Positions 1 to 10,767 of a stretch of 64,000 nucleotides of DNA are shown here, one piece after another (the first letter of the stretch is position 1; every line of letters begins with the position of its first letter). Source of the DNA: Candidatus Latescibacterota bacterium (lineage in GTDB: Bacteria > Latescibacterota > UBA2968); the NCBI GenBank assembly GCA_965198115.1, contig OZ240241.1:2944001-3008000 (forward strand), written 5' to 3'. Under the pieces are notes generated by a model. That model was not told the DNA's origin, did no database searches, and saw only the letters and a list, made by a program, of their open reading frames with translations. Both the position numbers and the translations under genes were made by a program.

Positions 1-881
1 ACGACACGCTATCGCGACGTCGACGTTCACACGACTGCACCCCCCTCCCAAGGCCTGATCATCCTCCAATGGCTCAACATCCTCGAGGGCTTCGATCTCC
101 GTAGTGCTGGGTTCGGAACGGCCGACGCCATCCATCTCATGGTCGAAGCCAAGAAGCGCGCCTTCGCCGATCGACTGCGTTACCTGGCGGATCCGCGATT
201 CAACGACAATCCCATCGACGGTCTCCTGTCGAAAGACTTCGCAGGGCGGCGTCGCGCGACGATCGATCCATTCAAAGCCAACGACGCGCAGACATCGGGC
301 GACCTCTGCGTCGGCGACACGAGCTATTTCTGCGTCGCCGACGGTCACGGAAACGCCATCTCTTTCATCCACAGCCTCTCCGCCGGCTTCGGATCCGGCG
401 TCGTCGCCGGGTCGACCGGCATCGTACTCAACAACCGAGCGGGGCGAGGTTTCAGCCTCGATCCGAGCCACGTCAACGTGATCGCCCCCGGCAAGAAGAC
501 CATGCACACACTCAATTGTTATATGGGCGACCTTGGGTTGTCGGCGGAACGCCGGGAGGCGATCGCCAGCCTCAATGGAACGTCCAGACCATCACCGACC
601 TGATCGACTTCGACATGAATGTCCGGGAGGCTGTGGACGCACCCAGCTGGATCAGCTGGCCCGGAACCGATCCCGCCGCCATCGACACCCCCTTGTCCCT
701 CCGCATCGAGGAACGATTCAGCGAGGACGTCATCGACGACCTCGAGCGACGCGGTCATCGGATCGATCGAATGGGCGACTGGAACATCGGGTGCAGACAC
801 CAGCTCATCGCCCGAGACGAAACGGGTGTTCTCACAGGCGCATCCGACCCGCGCTGCAGTGGCGTGGCCCTCGGTTACTGA
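1..881 (+). pseudogene. ggt: Gamma-glutamyltransferase family protein, 5'-partial, with frameshift/small deletion near 522
   Basis: Frame 1 reads PPSQG..EAKKRAFADR..GDTSYFCVADGHGNAISFIHSL..TGIVLNNR..PGKKTMHTLN. It continues in another frame as GRPWVVGGTPGGDRQPQ..GASDPR. Confidence 0.85.
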
Positions 882-892
882 AAGAAGGCGGA

Positions 893-1957
893 ATGGGCAA
901 GCGCATCATCGACGTCGCCGCACTGCCCGGCAGCCAGCGGACGACCGTCATCGACGGACAGGGTTATTTCCCGGTTATCTACGAAGCACCTTCTGGAAAT
1001 GTGCTCGTCGTCCTCAGAGGCGGGGCGCCTCACGTGGGGCTGGGCGGGCGACTCGATGCCGTTCGTTCATCCGACGGCGGTCTTACGTGGTCGAATCCGG
1101 TGACGATCGCCGACAGCGAGCGGGACGACCGGAATCCCGCTCTCGGCTTCAACGCCGACGGTCACGCCATCGTAGCCTACCTGTGGCAGGGCAGCTACGA
1201 CGAGAACGGGCAATGGACCAGAGGAACGGGACCGACCGATACGCGCGTCGTCCGTTCGCAGAGCGAAGACGCCAGTTGGGCGGAGGATCGCAAACTCAAC
1301 TGGCTCCCGCTCAACGGGGCGTCGCCTTTCGGCAAGATCCGTCGCGATGCGGAAAACACACTCTACATGCCCATCTACGGGGGACCGACGCCATCCAGAA
1401 TCGAAGGGGCCGTCTCGGTCAACCCAGCGACGAGTCCCGTCCATCTTCTTCGGTCCTACGACGGCGGGGAAACCTGGGCGGACCCGCTTCTCGTCGCCAC
1501 GGGCCTGAACGAGGCGGATTTCCTAATCCTGTCCGACGACGACTGGCTCTTCGCAGGCCGATCGGAGAAACAGGACGAGCAGGCCATCTACACCTGTCGG
1601 TCAGCCGACCACGGTCACACCTGGACAGATCTCGTTCGCGTGACCGAATCCCGCGAGCACCCACCCGATCTCACAGACCTCGGAGATGGTGCCGTTCTGC
1701 TCGCCTACGGTCGACGTCACGAGCCTTACGGAATCGAAGGTCGCATCAGCCACGACGGCGGCCACACGTGGGAAGCGCCTCTCCTGCGGTTCGACACGGA
1801 CCTGACGGGCACCGACATCGGTTATCCCTCGACGACTCGTCAAGGCAACCATCTCATCACCGTCTACTATGTAGCGGATTTGGAACAGGACCCGATCGAT
1901 GAGAGCTGTCGAGCGGTGGTGTATGATCGGACGGCATTGCTGGAGGCGGTTGGGTAG
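893..1957 (+). CDS. Sialidase/BNR (Asp-box) repeat glycosidase-like protein
   Basis: Asp-boxes SSDGGLTW, SYDGGETW, SADHGHTW and SHDGGHTW, plus C-terminal DIGYPS. ATG at 893 follows GAAGG. Confidence 0.8.
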   Translation: MGKRIIDVAALPGSQRTTVIDGQGYFPVIYEAPSGNVLVVLRGGAPHVGLGGRLDAVRSSDGGLTWSNPVTIADSERDDRNPALGFNADGHAIVAYLWQGSYDENGQWTRGTGPTDTRVVRSQSEDASWAEDRKLNWLPLNGASPFGKIRRDAENTLYMPIYGGPTPSRIEGAVSVNPATSPVHLLRSYDGGETWADPLLVATGLNEADFLILSDDDWLFAGRSEKQDEQAIYTCRSADHGHTWTDLVRVTESREHPPDLTDLGDGAVLLAYGRRHEPYGIEGRISHDGGHTWEAPLLRFDTDLTGTDIGYPSTTRQGNHLITVYYVADLEQDPIDESCRAVVYDRTALLEAVG

Positions 1958-2162
1958 GGCGGCGCCTCGATGATCGAGGCGCTCGGTGGGAGTAAGCGAG
2001 GACCGGTGGGAGTCCGGACTGCAAACAGATGTGCGCCTCGATGACCGGACACCTCTCGGCTTCGCAGCACAGGTCGTTCCCCGACTCCCTCGACTCCGCT
2101 CGGGACAGGTTCCGTCGGGTCCCACATCAATTGGGGCAGAACTGTTAAAAGCCCAAGGTCTA

Positions 2163-3536
2163 GAGCTCAGGTCAATAGGTGTGTAAAAGAAATCAGGCGG
2201 CCATCTTCCCGGTTTCGACCTGCGGTCCGGTTGAGTGTTTCTGATCGTAGACTTGTTGTAGCAAGTGTGGCGCGGTGAGTTTCCTGAATCGGCTCTCTGC
2301 GACCTTGAGCGTACGCCAGATGAGAGCCGTGGCGTTCCTGACTTTCTTGAATCGCCTGGCGGCGTTTGTGCGAAGCCGAACGGAAGCAAAGGGGCTCTCG
2401 ACGACGTTCGTGGTTCTCAGGTGTTTCCAGTGTTCCTTCGGGAAGTCGTAGAACGTGACCATCCGATCCCAGTTTCTTTCGAGCGTCTCCACGGCGGCAG
2501 GGAACTGTGAGCGATACCGTGCGGCAAAGCGTTTCCGGAGCTTCTCGGCCTCCTTTTTCGTGCCGGCATAGGGGATCTGGACGAGCAGTGCGCGGGCTTC
2601 AGCCTGTGCACGCTTGGCGACCTTGTCGAGCACGTTGAGGATCTTGTGGTTCCAGCACCGTTGTTGCCGGCTCTCTGGCCAGACCTGATCAACGGCCGCC
2701 CAGATGCCCATATTCCCGTCCGCGGCGATCAGGACAGGATGTTCGAGCCCGCGATCCCGGAGATCCCGGAGCACCGTGAGCCAGGATTCTGTAGACTCTC
2801 GATAACCGGGTTCTATCGCCAGGATCTCCTTGCTGCCGTCGCTCATCGCGCCGATCACGACCAGCAGACACGCCTTCTCGCGCTCGAGCCCGGCTTTGAC
2901 GTAGATGCCATCAGCCCAGGCGTAGACCAGTTCGCGATTATCCAGACGCCTTTCTTTCCAGTCCTGGAAGTCGACCTCCCACTTCCCTCGAAGACGAGCG
3001 ATCGAGGTCGGCGAAAGCGGCGCGCCATCACCGAGCAGCGCACGCAAAGACAACTCGAAGTCGCCCTGGGAGAGACCGTGGAGATAAAGGTCGGGAAGCA
3101 GATCTCCAATGGCCCTGGTTCTCCGGGCGAACAGGGGGAGGATGCGGCTTTCAAACCGCTCTTCCAGACCACGAACCCGGGGACGCCGGACCTTGATCGT
3201 TCCGCAGCTCGTCGAGAGACGCCGGGGCTTGCCGTAGCCGTTCCTGTAGCCCCTGGAGCTATCGACCTCGGCTCGGCGCTCATACCACGACCGGCCCAAG
3301 AACGCGGTCGCCTCCTCCTCCAGAATGGACTGGAACCGGCCCTGGATCTCTTCACGGATCCAATCGTCAACCGTCTCCCACGTCGGCATGGACTTCAATG
3401 GGGCTCTATGCGTATGTTCCTTCACGGCGATCCTCCTTCCCAACCGGGCCTCTCACCCGGTTTTGTGTGAATCAACTATCTCACGGGAAGGGTAGGGTCG
3501 CCCTTTCTCTTTTTCCACACCTTTTGATTATAGCTC
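2163..3536 (-). mobile_element. Complete IS256-family element with 8-bp target duplication
   Basis: Imperfect 26-bp IRs GAGCTCAGGTCAATAGGTGTGTAAAA / GAGCTATAATCAAAAGGTGTGGAAAA. AAGGTCTA flanks both sides (2155-2162, 3537-3544). Confidence 0.95.
2193..3425 (-). CDS. IS256-family DDE transposase
   Basis: Motifs RNGYGKPR, YAWADGIY, IAADG, QRCWNHK and LRTTNVVES. Likely GTG start at 3425 after AGGAGG. Confidence 0.95.
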   Translation of the reverse strand: MKEHTHRAPLKSMPTWETVDDWIREEIQGRFQSILEEEATAFLGRSWYERRAEVDSSRGYRNGYGKPRRLSTSCGTIKVRRPRVRGLEERFESRILPLFARRTRAIGDLLPDLYLHGLSQGDFELSLRALLGDGAPLSPTSIARLRGKWEVDFQDWKERRLDNRELVYAWADGIYVKAGLEREKACLLVVIGAMSDGSKEILAIEPGYRESTESWLTVLRDLRDRGLEHPVLIAADGNMGIWAAVDQVWPESRQQRCWNHKILNVLDKVAKRAQAEARALLVQIPYAGTKKEAEKLRKRFAARYRSQFPAAVETLERNWDRMVTFYDFPKEHWKHLRTTNVVESPFASVRLRTNAARRFKKVRNATALIWRTLKVAESRFRKLTAPHLLQQVYDQKHSTGPQVETGKMAA

Positions 3537-3575
3537 AAGGTCTACCGTCCACTGTCCATCGTCTATGGTGTAAAC

Positions 3576-3606
3576 AAAACCGGGCCGCACCTGATGGTGC
3601 GACCCG
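3576..3606 (-). terminator. Rho-independent terminator of the HD-GYP gene
   Basis: Minus strand reads CGGGTCGCACC-ATCA-GGTGCGGCCCG followed by GTTTTG. Confidence 0.65.
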
Positions 3607-3631
3607 TTAAGTGACTCGTGGTGATTTCCCA

Positions 3632-4873
3632 CTACCCGGTACACATCTTGATAAACTTCTCCACATCGATCTTGTAGTTCGTGGGATCTAACACCTTAAC
3701 GATCTTCCGTTCCTCACTTGGATTCGGATCCGCCAGGTCGACGACGAACGGCACGGCCCGGAACTTTTTATACCGCGTCACGAAAACCCCCACCTTCGGT
3801 TGTCGCGTGTTCCCCGGATTCGGTTCGCAGACCACGCCGATCTCGTTCGTGTTCAACTGAACGAGACTGCCCACGGGATAAAGTCCAAGCGCTTTCACGA
3901 ACAGGTTTACCAGGTACTCACGGAACTCGATGTTCCTGTTCGAATAGATCTTACCGAGCGCGAAATGGGGCGGTAAAGCAGGTTTGTAGACACGTGCGGA
4001 CGTCAGCGCATCGTAGACATCGGCCACAGCCGTCATTTGCCCGAACCGATGGATTTCTTCGCCTTCGAGGTGGTTGGGATAGCCCTCACCGTTCAGCATT
4101 TCATGATGCTGAGTTGCGATCAACATCATCTCTTCCGTCACACCCGGCATATCCATCAGCACATCGCGCCCGTAGGTCGTGTGCTTCCGCATTTCCTCGA
4201 GCTCGTGTGGTTCGAAACGCCCGGGTTTGTTCAAAATCTCGAGCGGCACCTTCGTCTTGCCGATGTCGTGTAACAGCGTCGCCGTCGCCAACATCTCCGC
4301 CGTCGATTGATCGATTCCGTCGGCGTGCGCGACCGCCAGAGTGATCACGCATACGTTGATACAGTGATTGGCTGTGTAGGGATCGTGCTCCTTCAGCCTC
4401 GTGAGACCGACCATCGCGTCGACGTTCCTGAATACGCTCTCGGTGATCAGCTTGCCCGCCGCGTCCAGTTTCTTGCGATCCATCGAACCCCCGATCGCGG
4501 TATCCTCGAGGGCGGCTTTCAATTGGGTCGTCACGACGTTTCGGGTCGCGCGCGCCTTTTTCAGCTCATCCTTGTATTCCACCGTCCTGCCCGGTGGCAA
4601 CGGTTTCTTCCGCGGCTCCTGGGGCATTGCAATCGGCTTGGGTGCCTGGATCGGGACCCCGCCGGCCGCGTCCTTCCCTTTCGTCGTGTCGATCGTGACG
4701 TTTTGCAACCCTGCCGCCCGCAACCGTTTGATCTGGTTCTCGGACGTAATCAGCACGCCCTTCCCGAGCAGCAGGACGCCCTTCTTGCTCGCCCCTCCCT
4801 CTGATCCTTCCTTCACGTCGGCTTCCATATACATGCCGACTTCGAGCTTGTCGATTCCGATCTGTTTTTTCAT
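3632..4873 (-). CDS. HD-GYP domain c-di-GMP phosphodiesterase with DUF3391-like N-terminus
   Basis: LLHDIGK, HHEMLNGEGYP and VADVYDALTSARVYK motifs. True start is MKKQIGIDKLEVGMYM. Confidence 0.9.
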   Translation of the reverse strand: MKKQIGIDKLEVGMYMEADVKEGSEGGASKKGVLLLGKGVLITSENQIKRLRAAGLQNVTIDTTKGKDAAGGVPIQAPKPIAMPQEPRKKPLPPGRTVEYKDELKKARATRNVVTTQLKAALEDTAIGGSMDRKKLDAAGKLITESVFRNVDAMVGLTRLKEHDPYTANHCINVCVITLAVAHADGIDQSTAEMLATATLLHDIGKTKVPLEILNKPGRFEPHELEEMRKHTTYGRDVLMDMPGVTEEMMLIATQHHEMLNGEGYPNHLEGEEIHRFGQMTAVADVYDALTSARVYKPALPPHFALGKIYSNRNIEFREYLVNLFVKALGLYPVGSLVQLNTNEIGVVCEPNPGNTRQPKVGVFVTRYKKFRAVPFVVDLADPNPSEERKIVKVLDPTNYKIDVEKFIKMCTG

Positions 4874-5104
4874 AGGAACTCGGTTCGGTTGACGGGTTTC
4901 CCGACCGGTCCCTCCAAAGATGGTCGAGAAACGACCCCCGGGCAACCGCCCAGGCACGCAGGCGTTCGGCATTCCTCGTCGGACACAGGCCCAATTTGCC
5001 TTTTGCATTCTGCATTTTTTCCTTCCAAAGCCCTGGTCACCCCACCCGAACCTGATCATATTCCCAATCCCCTGCGTTACAAGCTCCCTCTCCGACCTCC
5101 AACC

Positions 5105-6148
5105 ATGCAGCGCCAGCTCCAGCGCGGCCGCGGTGCCACAGCGAACCCGGTCGGGCGGTTCGAACCGCTTCAAATCGAATACGATCCGGCCGAACCCGAC
5201 GCCCAACCGACCGAGCTCTTCCACGACACCACACGCGCCATCATCGCCACCAACGACAGCCCCGACATCGGGTTCGACGCCTCCGTCAATCCCTATCGCG
5301 GGTGCGAGCACGGCTGCGTCTATTGCTATGCCCGACCCACGCACGAATACCTTGGGCTTTCCGCGGGCCTCGACTTCGAGACCAAGCTTTTCGTCAAACG
5401 CGACGCGCCGGAACTGCTCAGGGAGGCGCTCGGCGCGCCGGGCTGGAAGCCCGAAATCGTCGTCATGAGCGGCGTTACCGATCCTTACCAGCCCGTCGAG
5501 CGAAAGCTCGAACTCACGCGTCGTTGTCTCGAAGTCTTCGCCGAATTCCGCAATCCCGTCGGCGTCATCACAAAAAGCGACCTCATTACGCGCGATATCG
5601 ATCTGCTCTCTGAGCTCGCGCAGTTCAACGCGGTTTCGGCTCGCATCTCCATCACCACCCTTGACAAGAACCTTGCCGATAGAATGGAGCCGCGTGCTTC
5701 GCGCCCTGCTCAGCGACTCCGCGCCGTCGAAGCCCTGGCCACGGCCGGTATCAGGGTCGGTGTCATGGCTGCACCCATAGTGCCGGGGCTCAACGACCAC
5801 GAAGTCTCCGACATTCTGCGCGCATCCGCGGATGCCGGCGCCGTCACGGCCGGCTACATCATTCTCCGTCTACCGCACGGTCTCAAGGACCTGTTCGCCG
5901 ATTGGCTCGACACCCACTATCCCGACCGGAAGGACAAGGTGCTCAACCGTGTCCGCGACACAAGAGGCGGTGCCCTCTACGACGGGACATACGGCACCCG
6001 CATGCGGGGCGAAGGCGAGTACGCCGACCAGATCGAAACGATGTTCAACATCGCACAGAGGCGCTACGGGCTGAACGCAACGTTGCCGTCCCTTTCCACC
6101 GATCACTTCCGAAGGCCTGCCGGGTCCCAGCTCGAACTGAAACTCTGA
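5105..6148 (+). CDS. PA0069-family radical SAM protein (SplB-like)
   Basis: RGRGATANPVGRF, NPYRGCEHGCVYCYARP (CxxxCxxC) and TDPYQP. Confidence 0.9.
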   Translation: MQRQLQRGRGATANPVGRFEPLQIEYDPAEPDAQPTELFHDTTRAIIATNDSPDIGFDASVNPYRGCEHGCVYCYARPTHEYLGLSAGLDFETKLFVKRDAPELLREALGAPGWKPEIVVMSGVTDPYQPVERKLELTRRCLEVFAEFRNPVGVITKSDLITRDIDLLSELAQFNAVSARISITTLDKNLADRMEPRASRPAQRLRAVEALATAGIRVGVMAAPIVPGLNDHEVSDILRASADAGAVTAGYIILRLPHGLKDLFADWLDTHYPDRKDKVLNRVRDTRGGALYDGTYGTRMRGEGEYADQIETMFNIAQRRYGLNATLPSLSTDHFRRPAGSQLELKL

Positions 6149-6284
6149 ACGGATCTCACGCCGAACCATCGTTGCGAACGCGCCAGCCACACCGTTTCTT
6201 GATCAACGCCATCGAGTCGCGGTAATCCAACGAGGGGAAATCCACTGTGAAACTGGCAACGACCGCAAGATCCTGGCGTCGCAC

Positions 6285-7553
6285 TTGAGCGGACCTGCTT
6301 GTGCCCGCTACAGGGACCTCGTAAGAACCAACGCGAACTTTCGCAACCTCTGGGCCGGGGAGACCGTCAGCCTATTCGGCGACTGGTTCAACCTGATCGC
6401 CTCGGCATCCCTCATCGCATCCCTAACCGGCTCGGGCATCGCCATTGGCGGCCTCTTTGTCGTCCGTGCCCTGGCTCCCTTCCTGATCAGCCCTTTCTCG
6501 GGTGTCATCGCCGATCGATTCGATCGACGGAACATCCTCATCCTCTGCGACGTCATCCGCGTTTTCGTCGTCCTCGGATTCCTGCTCGTTCGGCATCCGG
6601 GCGACGTCTGGCTGCTGTATGCCCTGATCGCTGTGCAGCTTGCCCTGGGTGGCGTCTTCTTCACCACCCGCCGAGCCATTCTCCCCGACATCGTGGGCGA
6701 AGCCGAAATCGGGACCGCCAACACCATCGTCTCGGCCACGTGGTCGGTCATGCTCGCTATCGGTGCGGCTGCCGGAGGTCTCGTATCCGGCGTGTTCGGC
6801 GTCTACGCCGCCTTCACGATCGACGCGGCCACGTTCGTTGTTTCCGCGCTCGTGGTTTCCCGTGTCCGCTACACCGTGCCAACCGAGGTCGCACAGACGG
6901 CTGTTTCCATCTCGCGCTTCCACGAACAGTATGTGGAAGGGCTGCGTTACGTCTTTCGTCACCCTGAAATCCTGTTCATCGCCTTCGCCAAGCCCGCACT
7001 CCAGTTCACGCTCAGTGCCGGATATGAAGTCGTACAGATTCGGATCGCGGAAAGTCTCTTTCCCATCGGTGCGGGCGGCGGGATTACGCTCGGTCTGCTC
7101 TATTGTGTCGGTGGTGTGGGTAGCGGGGTTGGTCCGATCGGTGCCCGGGTCTTCACGCAGGACCGAATCGTCGCCCTGCGGTGGGCCATCGGAGCGGGCT
7201 TCGCGCTTTCCGCCTCCGGGCTGTTCGTCATATCCACGCTCCATAGCTTCCCGGTGGTGCTCCTCGGCAGTCTCCTGCGGAGCACCGGAGGCGGCATCGT
7301 CTGGGTTTTCTCCACTCAGCTCTTGCTCATGCTGGTGCCGTCACGTGTACGTGGTCGTGTGTTCTCGTTCGAACAGGCAGGATTTTCGCTCAGCGCCGCC
7401 ATCTCCGCAGCCGCCGGAGGGCGCTTGCTGGACGTGTATCCGGACCTCTCGATGCTGGTACTGGGATTCGGCTTTCTGACCCTCGGCTCGTGCGTGGCGT
7501 GGTCAGCCTGGTGCCTGCTCCGTCCCGCAATCGGGGTGGCTGACGAGACCTAG
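6285..7553 (+). CDS. MFS transporter
   Basis: About 12 hydrophobic segments, motif A GVIADRFDRR, and RVRGRVFS. Confidence 0.9.
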   Translation: MSGPACARYRDLVRTNANFRNLWAGETVSLFGDWFNLIASASLIASLTGSGIAIGGLFVVRALAPFLISPFSGVIADRFDRRNILILCDVIRVFVVLGFLLVRHPGDVWLLYALIAVQLALGGVFFTTRRAILPDIVGEAEIGTANTIVSATWSVMLAIGAAAGGLVSGVFGVYAAFTIDAATFVVSALVVSRVRYTVPTEVAQTAVSISRFHEQYVEGLRYVFRHPEILFIAFAKPALQFTLSAGYEVVQIRIAESLFPIGAGGGITLGLLYCVGGVGSGVGPIGARVFTQDRIVALRWAIGAGFALSASGLFVISTLHSFPVVLLGSLLRSTGGGIVWVFSTQLLLMLVPSRVRGRVFSFEQAGFSLSAAISAAAGGRLLDVYPDLSMLVLGFGFLTLGSCVAWSAWCLLRPAIGVADET

Positions 7554-7641
7554 AATCTGATTGTGGTCTCCCGGGCACGCGCTATCTTCCCCGCTCAGCA
7601 AAGCTCGCACTCATTCATCGCTTCCATTCCACGAGATCAAC

Positions 7642-8802
7642 ATGCCCGAAGAATACACCGTCGCCATCGTCGGATGCGGATCGATCGCACACGCCCACGT
7701 CAGCGGCTACCAGGGTCTCGACAACGTGAAGATGATCGCCGTCGTAGACCCCGTCGAAGGTGCACGTCGCATTTACCAGAACGAGTACGACATTCCGCGG
7801 GGATACGGCACCATCGAAGAAATGCTCCATAAAGAGAAACCGGACATCGTCAGCGTCTGCACGTGGCATCTCCTCCACTCGCCCCTCACGGTCATCGCCG
7901 CCGAGTCGGGCGTCAAAGGCGTCATCTGCGAGAAACCCATGGCCATCGGCGTGGGTGAGGCGGACAAGATGGTCGACGCAGCCGAAGCGAGCGGGACCAA
8001 ACTGGTCATCGGGCATCAGCGGCGTTTTACGCCCGGATGGAACACGGCACACGATCTCATCGCCGGCGGTGCCATCGGAAAGCCCGTTTGGGCCAAGAAC
8101 CGTGTCGCGGAAGGCCTCGCAAACTGGGGCACGCACTCGATCGACGGGACTCGATTCGCCCTGAGCGACCCGGAACCCGAGTGGGTGATGGGCGCCGTCG
8201 AGCGCAAGACCGACCGATACGAGCGCGACACCGCCATCGAGGACGCGTGCATGGGCCTTGTCATGTTCGACACGGGGGTCCAGCTGTTCATCGAATCGGA
8301 TCTGGTGCGCGAGGGTGCCACGGCGGGGTCCTTCCAGATACGGGGCGAGGAAGGGATGATGGAGGTGTCGGAATCGGAGGTTCGGCTCTTCAACGCATCG
8401 AGTGGGGGCTGGCAGGAGGTCGAGATAGACGCGCGCGAGGAAGACCTCAGAGCGATCGAAGGCAATACCCACGCCGCTCAGGCGCGCGAGCTCATCGAAT
8501 GGATCGAGGGGGGACCCGAACATCGTGGGTCGGGTCGACAGGCCCGGGTCACTGTCGCCATCATGATGGCGATCTACGAATCTGCCCGGCGCCACGCAGT
8601 GATTAGGTTTCCGCTGGAGGAAAAGGACTATCCCCTCGATCTGATGATCGAGGAAGGCCAGATCCCTGTCGAGCGGCCCGGCCCCTACGACATCCGCGGG
8701 TTCCTACGGAGGGACAACATCGACGAAGAGGCTTTTGCCAGAATGTGGGCCGAAGGACAAGGCCACTCAGGCATCATGCGGGAGCTGAACGAGGAAGACT
8801 GA
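7642..8802 (+). CDS. Gfo/Idh/MocA family oxidoreductase
   Basis: VAIVGCGSIA, ICEKPMA and GHQRRF. Confidence 0.9.
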   Translation: MPEEYTVAIVGCGSIAHAHVSGYQGLDNVKMIAVVDPVEGARRIYQNEYDIPRGYGTIEEMLHKEKPDIVSVCTWHLLHSPLTVIAAESGVKGVICEKPMAIGVGEADKMVDAAEASGTKLVIGHQRRFTPGWNTAHDLIAGGAIGKPVWAKNRVAEGLANWGTHSIDGTRFALSDPEPEWVMGAVERKTDRYERDTAIEDACMGLVMFDTGVQLFIESDLVREGATAGSFQIRGEEGMMEVSESEVRLFNASSGGWQEVEIDAREEDLRAIEGNTHAAQARELIEWIEGGPEHRGSGRQARVTVAIMMAIYESARRHAVIRFPLEEKDYPLDLMIEEGQIPVERPGPYDIRGFLRRDNIDEEAFARMWAEGQGHSGIMRELNEED

Positions 8803-8983
8803 ACCGCGGAGGACGAGGGGAAAGGACAACAAACCCTTGGGGCACTTTGACCGATCATCCGAGGAACGGGCGTCACCCCGGCGGCGTGGTGGAGCCTCTC
8901 CCGAGTGGGATCAAGGGAGCGTGAGAACAAGAGCCGCTGGATGACAACGGCCGCTGACGACTGCAGTTTCTGCTTGGCCGCAA

Positions 8984-9883
8984 CTACCCCGCCGTAGCCT
9001 CTGCTTCCGTTCGTCGTGTCACCGTAACCGAACCGGCTCCCAGCTTCACCAGGCGTCGTATCTTCCGGTATTCCTGGCTTGCCTTATCGAAAGCTTCGAT
9101 TTCCAGATAATAGCGGCCACGGTTGATTCCGTCTGTCGGGAGTTCGGCGACTTTGGCCGCTCTCGTGCCCGGCTTGCGCACGCGACTGTCGTCGAAATGG
9201 TGAACCACGTTGCCATCCAGATCGATCAGACGGTAGCCGAGAACCAGACCAGCCGCCTCACCCTTCCCCTCGGTCAGGTTGTAGATTTCGAAATAGACCT
9301 TCAGCGGATCCCCGATCGCAAATTGTCGGTCGATGCTGGGGATGATCTTCCACGCGCCCTTGTCGAACCGCCCCTCGTCGCCCTTTCCGATCTCGTGCGC
9401 AAAAAGAAGATCGCTCATCGCCAGTTTCGGGTCGAGAGGCACCACCTCCAGCAGACGAGCCGCTGTTCCCTTGATCCCAGATCTTAAATCCTCGACCGTG
9501 ACCGACAGCCCATACGCACCCGGTGGCAGGTCGACGGCCGTGATGTCCCTGAACGGGATACTCTCGTAGTACTCCTTCGGCTCCGCGGCCGTCAATTTCC
9601 GGACCCAGGTTCGTTTTTTGTAGGGCTTGAGCGTCGAATCCACAATCGTCATCGTCGCTCGGATCGTCGCCAGCTGCCTCCCTCGCACGCTCTGGAACTC
9701 GAGTTGGGTCGCTTCGATAAAGGTGTAGATCTCCAGCCAGGACCCAGAGCCCTGCCCCCGAAACCCCGCCGTATCGATCACAAACCGCAGATCACCTACG
9801 CTCCTGACCGGTTCATCCGCAAGACCCGGACTGGTCAGCAACGCGATGAATCCGATGGTCAGGCACTTATGAAGAGGCTTCAT
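8984..9883 (-). CDS. Secreted hypothetical protein resembling the beta-sandwich regions of GWxTD-associated proteins
   Basis: Signal peptide MKPLHKCLTIGFIALLTSPGLA, with DLPPGAYGLSVTVEDL, LAMSDLLFA and VYFEIYNL. No GWxTD motif is seen. Confidence 0.55.
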   Translation of the reverse strand: MKPLHKCLTIGFIALLTSPGLADEPVRSVGDLRFVIDTAGFRGQGSGSWLEIYTFIEATQLEFQSVRGRQLATIRATMTIVDSTLKPYKKRTWVRKLTAAEPKEYYESIPFRDITAVDLPPGAYGLSVTVEDLRSGIKGTAARLLEVVPLDPKLAMSDLLFAHEIGKGDEGRFDKGAWKIIPSIDRQFAIGDPLKVYFEIYNLTEGKGEAAGLVLGYRLIDLDGNVVHHFDDSRVRKPGTRAAKVAELPTDGINRGRYYLEIEAFDKASQEYRKIRRLVKLGAGSVTVTRRTEAEATAG

Positions 9884-10029
9884 TCTCAACCTTTCGCTCG
9901 TCGACGCGAGAAAACCAATAGCCTTGCACTCCGACACGTTGAACGTTCGAACAAGAGAAACGTGCCATAATTATCGAACCCACCAACGGCTTGGCTGCCG
10001 TCTTCTTTGGCGCTAAATTGCGCGCCTCT

Positions 10030-10752
10030 ATGGAAGTCCTCAGGTTGAACGTCTGGTCTGGCCCCCGGAATGTCTCGACCGCCCTCATGTACAGCTTTGC
10101 ACAGAGGTCGGATACGCGCGTACTCGACAAACCCCTCTACGGACACTACTTGCGAGTCTCGGACGCACCTCATCCCGGCGCCAGGACCGTCATGGACGCG
10201 ATGGAATGCGACGGCGAGACCGTGATACGGAGCGTCCTGCTCGGTCCGTGCGATCAACCGGTCCTTTTCGCCAAGCAGATGGCCCATCACCTCGTCGATC
10301 TGGACCTCGATTTCCTGGCCCAAACGGCCAACGTCCTCCTCATCCGCGACCCCGTCGACATGCTGCCTTCACTCGCCAGACAGCTGGACAAGCCCCGATT
10401 GAAAGACACGGGATTCGACCGTCAGGTCACCTTGCTCGAAGAACTGGAAACTCTGGGTCAGGACCCGCCGATTCTAGAAGCGCGACAGCTTCTGATCGAC
10501 CCGGAATCAGTTCTGACCGCCCTGTGCGAGAGACTGGGCATCGCTTTCGATCCGGTCATGTTGTGGTGGAAACCCGGGCCGATCCGCGAGGACGGTGTCT
10601 GGGCCGCGCACTGGTATTACAACGTCCATCGCTCCACAGGTTTCCAGCCCTACCGGCCGAAATCAGAGCCGTTCCCGGATCACCTGGAGCCACTCCTCGC
10701 CGTCTGCCGACCACTCTACGACCGTCTGGCCGGCCGAGCGATCGCCGCCTGA
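10030..10752 (+). CDS. Sulfotransferase-like P-loop protein (partner of class IV aminotransferase)
   Basis: WSGPRNVSTALMYSFAQRSD, LIRDP and DGVWAAHWY. Confidence 0.8.
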   Translation: MEVLRLNVWSGPRNVSTALMYSFAQRSDTRVLDKPLYGHYLRVSDAPHPGARTVMDAMECDGETVIRSVLLGPCDQPVLFAKQMAHHLVDLDLDFLAQTANVLLIRDPVDMLPSLARQLDKPRLKDTGFDRQVTLLEELETLGQDPPILEARQLLIDPESVLTALCERLGIAFDPVMLWWKPGPIREDGVWAAHWYYNVHRSTGFQPYRPKSEPFPDHLEPLLAVCRPLYDRLAGRAIAA

Positions 10753-10767
10753 GACCAACCCGTGCCT

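Noticed and set aside
4874-5800. N-terminal extension of the 722-aa HD-GYP ORF
   Set aside because: It is the antisense shadow of the radical SAM gene. The real start is at 4873.
9950-9968. Sigma54-like TGGCACG upstream of the 9883 gene
   Set aside because: There is no GC at the -12 position.
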